This document shows, in pieces, positions 60,539 through 64,000 of a stretch of DNA of 64,000 nucleotides (position 1 is its first letter; every line of letters starts with the position of its first letter). The notes beneath the pieces are model-generated. The model was not told the origin of the DNA. It saw only the letters and a list, made by a program, of their open reading frames with translations, and did not search any database. The DNA lies in assembly GCA_963729625.1 (NCBI GenBank), contig CAVSOU010000010.1:416001-480000 (forward strand). The letters run 5' to 3'. This DNA is from an uncultured bacterium. Its GTDB lineage: Bacteria; Chloroflexota; UBA5177; JANWHV01. The position numbers and the translations under genes were made by a program.

Positions 60539-62221
60539 ATGGACGATCCGGTGATCCAACATGAGGTTCTCGTGGTCGGCGCCGGCTTGGCCGGCATGCG
60601 CGCCGCGGTTGCCGCCCGCGAAGCAGGCGTCGATACCGCCATCCTCTCGAAGGTGCACCCCATGCGCAGTCACTCTGGCGCTGCCCAGGGAGGCATCAAC
60701 GCCGCCGTCGCCAAAGACGATAGCTGGGAGAATCACTGGTTCGACACGGTCAAAGGAAGCGACTATTTGGCGGACCAGGACGCAGCCGAAATACTGACGC
60801 GCAGCGCTCCCGAGAACATTTATGAGCTCGAGCACCAGGGTGTACTGTTCAGCAGATGGCAGGATGGCCGTATCGCCACGCGCCCGTTCGGTGGGGCAGG
60901 CTTTCCACGTACCTGCTTTGTTGCCGACATCACCGGACATGTCATCTTGCAGACGGTCTACGAGCAGGTGCTCAAGAATGGGGCGAAGGTCTATGAGGAG
61001 TTCTTCGTCGTATCGCTCATCGTCGAGGACGGCACCTGCAAGGGTGTGGTCGCCCTGGACATCATGACGGGTCGGCTGGTCGCCTTTCGCGCAAAGGCGG
61101 TCGTGTTCGCGACCGGCGGCGCCGGACGAGTGTTCTTCAAGAGCACCAACTCGCTGATCAATACGGGCGACGGAGCTGCAATTGCCTATAGAGCCGGCGC
61201 GCCAATCGAGGACATGGAATTCATACAGTTCCATCCCACAACGCTGGCGGCCAACGGCGTGCTGATCACCGAAGGCGCGCGCGGAGAAGGGGCGTATCTC
61301 CTCAACGCCGAGGGCGAACGCTTCATGTTCAAATACGCGCCAAGCAAGGGCGAGCTTGCCAGTCGCGACGTGGTGTCGCGGGCCGAGTGGACGGAGATTC
61401 TGGAGGGCCGTGGCGTAAATGGCTGCGTCCTGCTCGATCTGCGGCACCTCGGCGAGGCCCGGATCCAGGAGCGCCTGCCCCAGATTCGAGAACTGGCAAC
61501 CGACTATGCTGGTGTAGACCCTGTGGAAGAGCCATTGCCAATCCGGCCGGGAGCCCATTACACCATGGGCGGAATCCGCGTCGACACCCACTGCGCTTCA
61601 CCGGTCCAGGGTTTCTTCGCGGCCGGTGAGTGCTCGGCTGTAAGCGTGCACGGATCGAATCGTCTTGGCGGGAATTCGCTGCTCGAGACGGTGGTCTTCG
61701 GCAAGATCGCCGGGACGAGCGCCGCTCAATTTGCCAGGGAGCACGACTACGCTGAGCTTCCTGCCGATGCAGTGCAATCTCAGGAACAGCGCCGCCAGCG
61801 ACTGTTCAATAATCCGGGCAAAGAGAAGGTGGCAGATCTTCGCGACGCGATGCAGGCGGCAATGAACGAGCACTTCCACATATTCCGCTATGAGAAGCAG
61901 ATGGCGGCAGGTGTCGACAAGATTCGAGCGCTGCGAGAACGCTATGCCAGCGTGTCCATCGCGGATACGTCCCTCGTCTTCAACACGGCGGTCTGCGAAG
62001 CGCTGGAGTTGGATTCTATGCTCGACATAGCAGAGGTCATCGCCACCGGAGCCATCGCGCGCACTGAGAGTCGGGGCGCGCATGCTCGGACCGACTACAA
62101 GGATCGCGACGACGTGAATTGGCTCAAGCACACGGTTGCATCATACTCACCCGACGGTCCGCGGCTCAGCTACGCCCCGGTTACCATGGGTAAGTTCCAG
62201 CCAATGGAGAGAGTGTACTGA
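60539..62221 (+). CDS. sdhA: Succinate dehydrogenase/fumarate reductase flavoprotein
   Basis: GAGLAG, RSHSGAAQGG, QFHPT, TEGARGEG, HYTMGG, HGSNRLGGNSL. Confidence 0.95.
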   Translation: MDDPVIQHEVLVVGAGLAGMRAAVAAREAGVDTAILSKVHPMRSHSGAAQGGINAAVAKDDSWENHWFDTVKGSDYLADQDAAEILTRSAPENIYELEHQGVLFSRWQDGRIATRPFGGAGFPRTCFVADITGHVILQTVYEQVLKNGAKVYEEFFVVSLIVEDGTCKGVVALDIMTGRLVAFRAKAVVFATGGAGRVFFKSTNSLINTGDGAAIAYRAGAPIEDMEFIQFHPTTLAANGVLITEGARGEGAYLLNAEGERFMFKYAPSKGELASRDVVSRAEWTEILEGRGVNGCVLLDLRHLGEARIQERLPQIRELATDYAGVDPVEEPLPIRPGAHYTMGGIRVDTHCASPVQGFFAAGECSAVSVHGSNRLGGNSLLETVVFGKIAGTSAAQFAREHDYAELPADAVQSQEQRRQRLFNNPGKEKVADLRDAMQAAMNEHFHIFRYEKQMAAGVDKIRALRERYASVSIADTSLVFNTAVCEALELDSMLDIAEVIATGAIARTESRGAHARTDYKDRDDVNWLKHTVASYSPDGPRLSYAPVTMGKFQPMERVY

Positions 62222-63180
62222 TGAAGTCGACGTTCGTGATCCAGCGGTATATCCCGGGAAAAGATGAAGCGCCGCACTTCGAGCGCTATGAGTTGGACCT
62301 GTGGGATGAAGCAACCATCCTGGATGGTCTGAACACCATCAAAGACCGGTTCGACGATTCGCTCTCGTATCGGCGCGCATGCCGCCACTCGATATGCGGC
62401 TCATGCGCCATGGTGGTGAATGGCTACACGAAGCTCGTCTGCAAGACCCCTATCGCGCAAGAGCTCAAACGCGGACGAACCGAACTGCGCATCACGCCAA
62501 TGCGCACCATGAAAGTGGTCAAGGATCTCGTCGTGGATATGGCGCCGTTCTGGAAGCACTTTCGGGATGTTGATCCGTGGTTGCAGCCTGGCTCCGCCAA
62601 CGTGCCGGGGCCGGATGAGGAGTATCGCGTAACGCCGGCACAGTTGGCCCCTTCCCGCAAGGATCTCAACTGCATACTGTGCGCCGTCTGCTACTCGGAC
62701 TGCAGCGTAACTGAGGTCGACAGTCACTTCGCCGGGCCGCCGGCTCTGGCTAAGGCGCACCGGTTTGTTACGGACCCGCGAGACAGCAAGCGGAAAGAAC
62801 GGCTGGAGAAGCTTGTCGATCTCGGTCTCTGGGACTGTGCCCACGCATACAGTTGCATGGAGTGCCCAAAACACGTCGATCCGGCGAGCGCAATCGCCGA
62901 TTTGCGCCGCATGTCCATTGAAGCCGGCATAACGAGGAACATCGGCGCCAAGCACAGCCAGGAGTTCACCAAGAGCATAGGCCGGGGTGGGCGCCTGGAT
63001 GAAACTCGACTTGTGATGGAGCTTACCGGCATCACCAACGTCGCCGGCCAGATTCGAAACGCGCCCCAGGGCATGCGGATGCTGCTCAAAGGGAAACTGC
63101 CCTTGCCGATGCTTCAGAAGGTTGATAACCCGAAGGAAGTCCACCGCATTTTCGATACCGTGGGCACGAAGGAAGAGTAA
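62221..63180 (+). CDS. sdhB: Succinate dehydrogenase iron-sulfur subunit with C-terminal extension
   Basis: CRHSICGSC...C, CILCAVCYSDC, CAHAYSCMECP. Confidence 0.93.
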   Translation: MKSTFVIQRYIPGKDEAPHFERYELDLWDEATILDGLNTIKDRFDDSLSYRRACRHSICGSCAMVVNGYTKLVCKTPIAQELKRGRTELRITPMRTMKVVKDLVVDMAPFWKHFRDVDPWLQPGSANVPGPDEEYRVTPAQLAPSRKDLNCILCAVCYSDCSVTEVDSHFAGPPALAKAHRFVTDPRDSKRKERLEKLVDLGLWDCAHAYSCMECPKHVDPASAIADLRRMSIEAGITRNIGAKHSQEFTKSIGRGGRLDETRLVMELTGITNVAGQIRNAPQGMRMLLKGKLPLPMLQKVDNPKEVHRIFDTVGTKEE

Positions 63181-64000
63181 ATGAAGTACGCATATTTCAC
63201 TGGCTGCGTGGCTAAAGGCACGTGCCCGGAGCTCCATTACTCCACGGTGAAGCTGGCGAAAGTCCTGGGCATCGAGCTGTGGGAAATGACCGATGCAACG
63301 TGCTGCGGCGCAGGGGTCATACGCGACGAGAATCCTGAGCTGCAGATCGCGCTCAACGCGCGCACGTTCGCCATGGCCGAGGCGGCCGGTATGGATATCG
63401 TCAATATTTGCAGCACGTGCCAGCAGAACCTTGGCCAGGACCGTCGCGCGCTGCGCGACGACCCCGAGCTACTCGGCCGCGTGAATGATGTCCTCGCTCA
63501 AAGCGGCCTCCATTACAGCGGAAACGTCGAGGTCAAGAACTTGCTCTGGGTGCTCGTCGGCGACTATGGCCTCGAGCGGCTGCGCGAGAAAGTCGTGCGA
63601 CCCCTGACCGGGCTGCGAATAGCGTCCTATTATGGTTGCCAGCTGCTGAGGCCGATTGAGGATACAGGCTTCGAAGATCCGGACAACCCAACTTCATTCG
63701 ACAACCTTATCCGCGCTCTCGGCGGAACGCCCGTGGACTACGCGGGCAAGACGCGTTGCTGTGGGTTCCACATCCTCACCGTGAATGAAGACACCTCGAC
63801 GAAGATGGCGGTTAAGCGGTTAGAAGAAGCCGACGCAGCCGACGCGGACATCATGGTGACACCGTGTCCGCTGTGCCATACGTCTCTCGACGCCTACCAG
63901 CCAAGGGCGACGAAACTTCAGAACAGCTCTGTGAGAATGCCGGTGCTTCACCTTTCTCAGCTGGTTGGACTGGCCTGCGGCCTCGAGGTCGGCGACCTGA
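63181..64000 (+). CDS. CCG-domain (HdrB-like/SdhE) anchor subunit of succinate dehydrogenase (3'-partial)
   Basis: MKYAYFTGC...TCCGAG...CSTC...YYGC...RCCG...PCPLC; runs off the window end. Confidence 0.9.
   Translation, partial: MKYAYFTGCVAKGTCPELHYSTVKLAKVLGIELWEMTDATCCGAGVIRDENPELQIALNARTFAMAEAAGMDIVNICSTCQQNLGQDRRALRDDPELLGRVNDVLAQSGLHYSGNVEVKNLLWVLVGDYGLERLREKVVRPLTGLRIASYYGCQLLRPIEDTGFEDPDNPTSFDNLIRALGGTPVDYAGKTRCCGFHILTVNEDTSTKMAVKRLEEADAADADIMVTPCPLCHTSLDAYQPRATKLQNSSVRMPVLHLSQLVGLACGLEVGDL

Overview
A GC-rich bacterial window, probably from a monoderm Chloroflexota-like organism. That placement is inferred from the Pro/Thr-repeat secreted proteins, DUF4012, CpaE and a CCG-anchored succinate dehydrogenase. 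The left ~39 kb is accessory and partly decayed. It holds a signalling island (DUF6976/FIST-like gene, a small partner, a stand-alone four-helix sensor, a sensor-less MCP, a tiny secreted CxxCH/AGWGS peptide and a frameshifted membrane GGDEF-EAL gene). It also has gene remnants (phage Dam-type methylase, SGNH hydrolase, Flp pilin, aldo/keto reductase, IS transposase), a sugar isomerase/ABC/methyltransferase cluster, a surface-glycan locus (BY-kinase, DUF2723, DUF4012, repeat proteins) and a ParDE toxin-antitoxin pair. The right ~25 kb is mostly housekeeping (dedA, mrp, fba, ychF, meaB, polA, icd, sdhAB plus an HdrB-like subunit). It contains an intact but apparently catalytically dead biotin carboxylase-BCCP fusion and an Mrp lacking its CxxC motif. 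No tRNA, rRNA or CRISPR array was seen. All family calls come from motif recognition by eye, not database searches.
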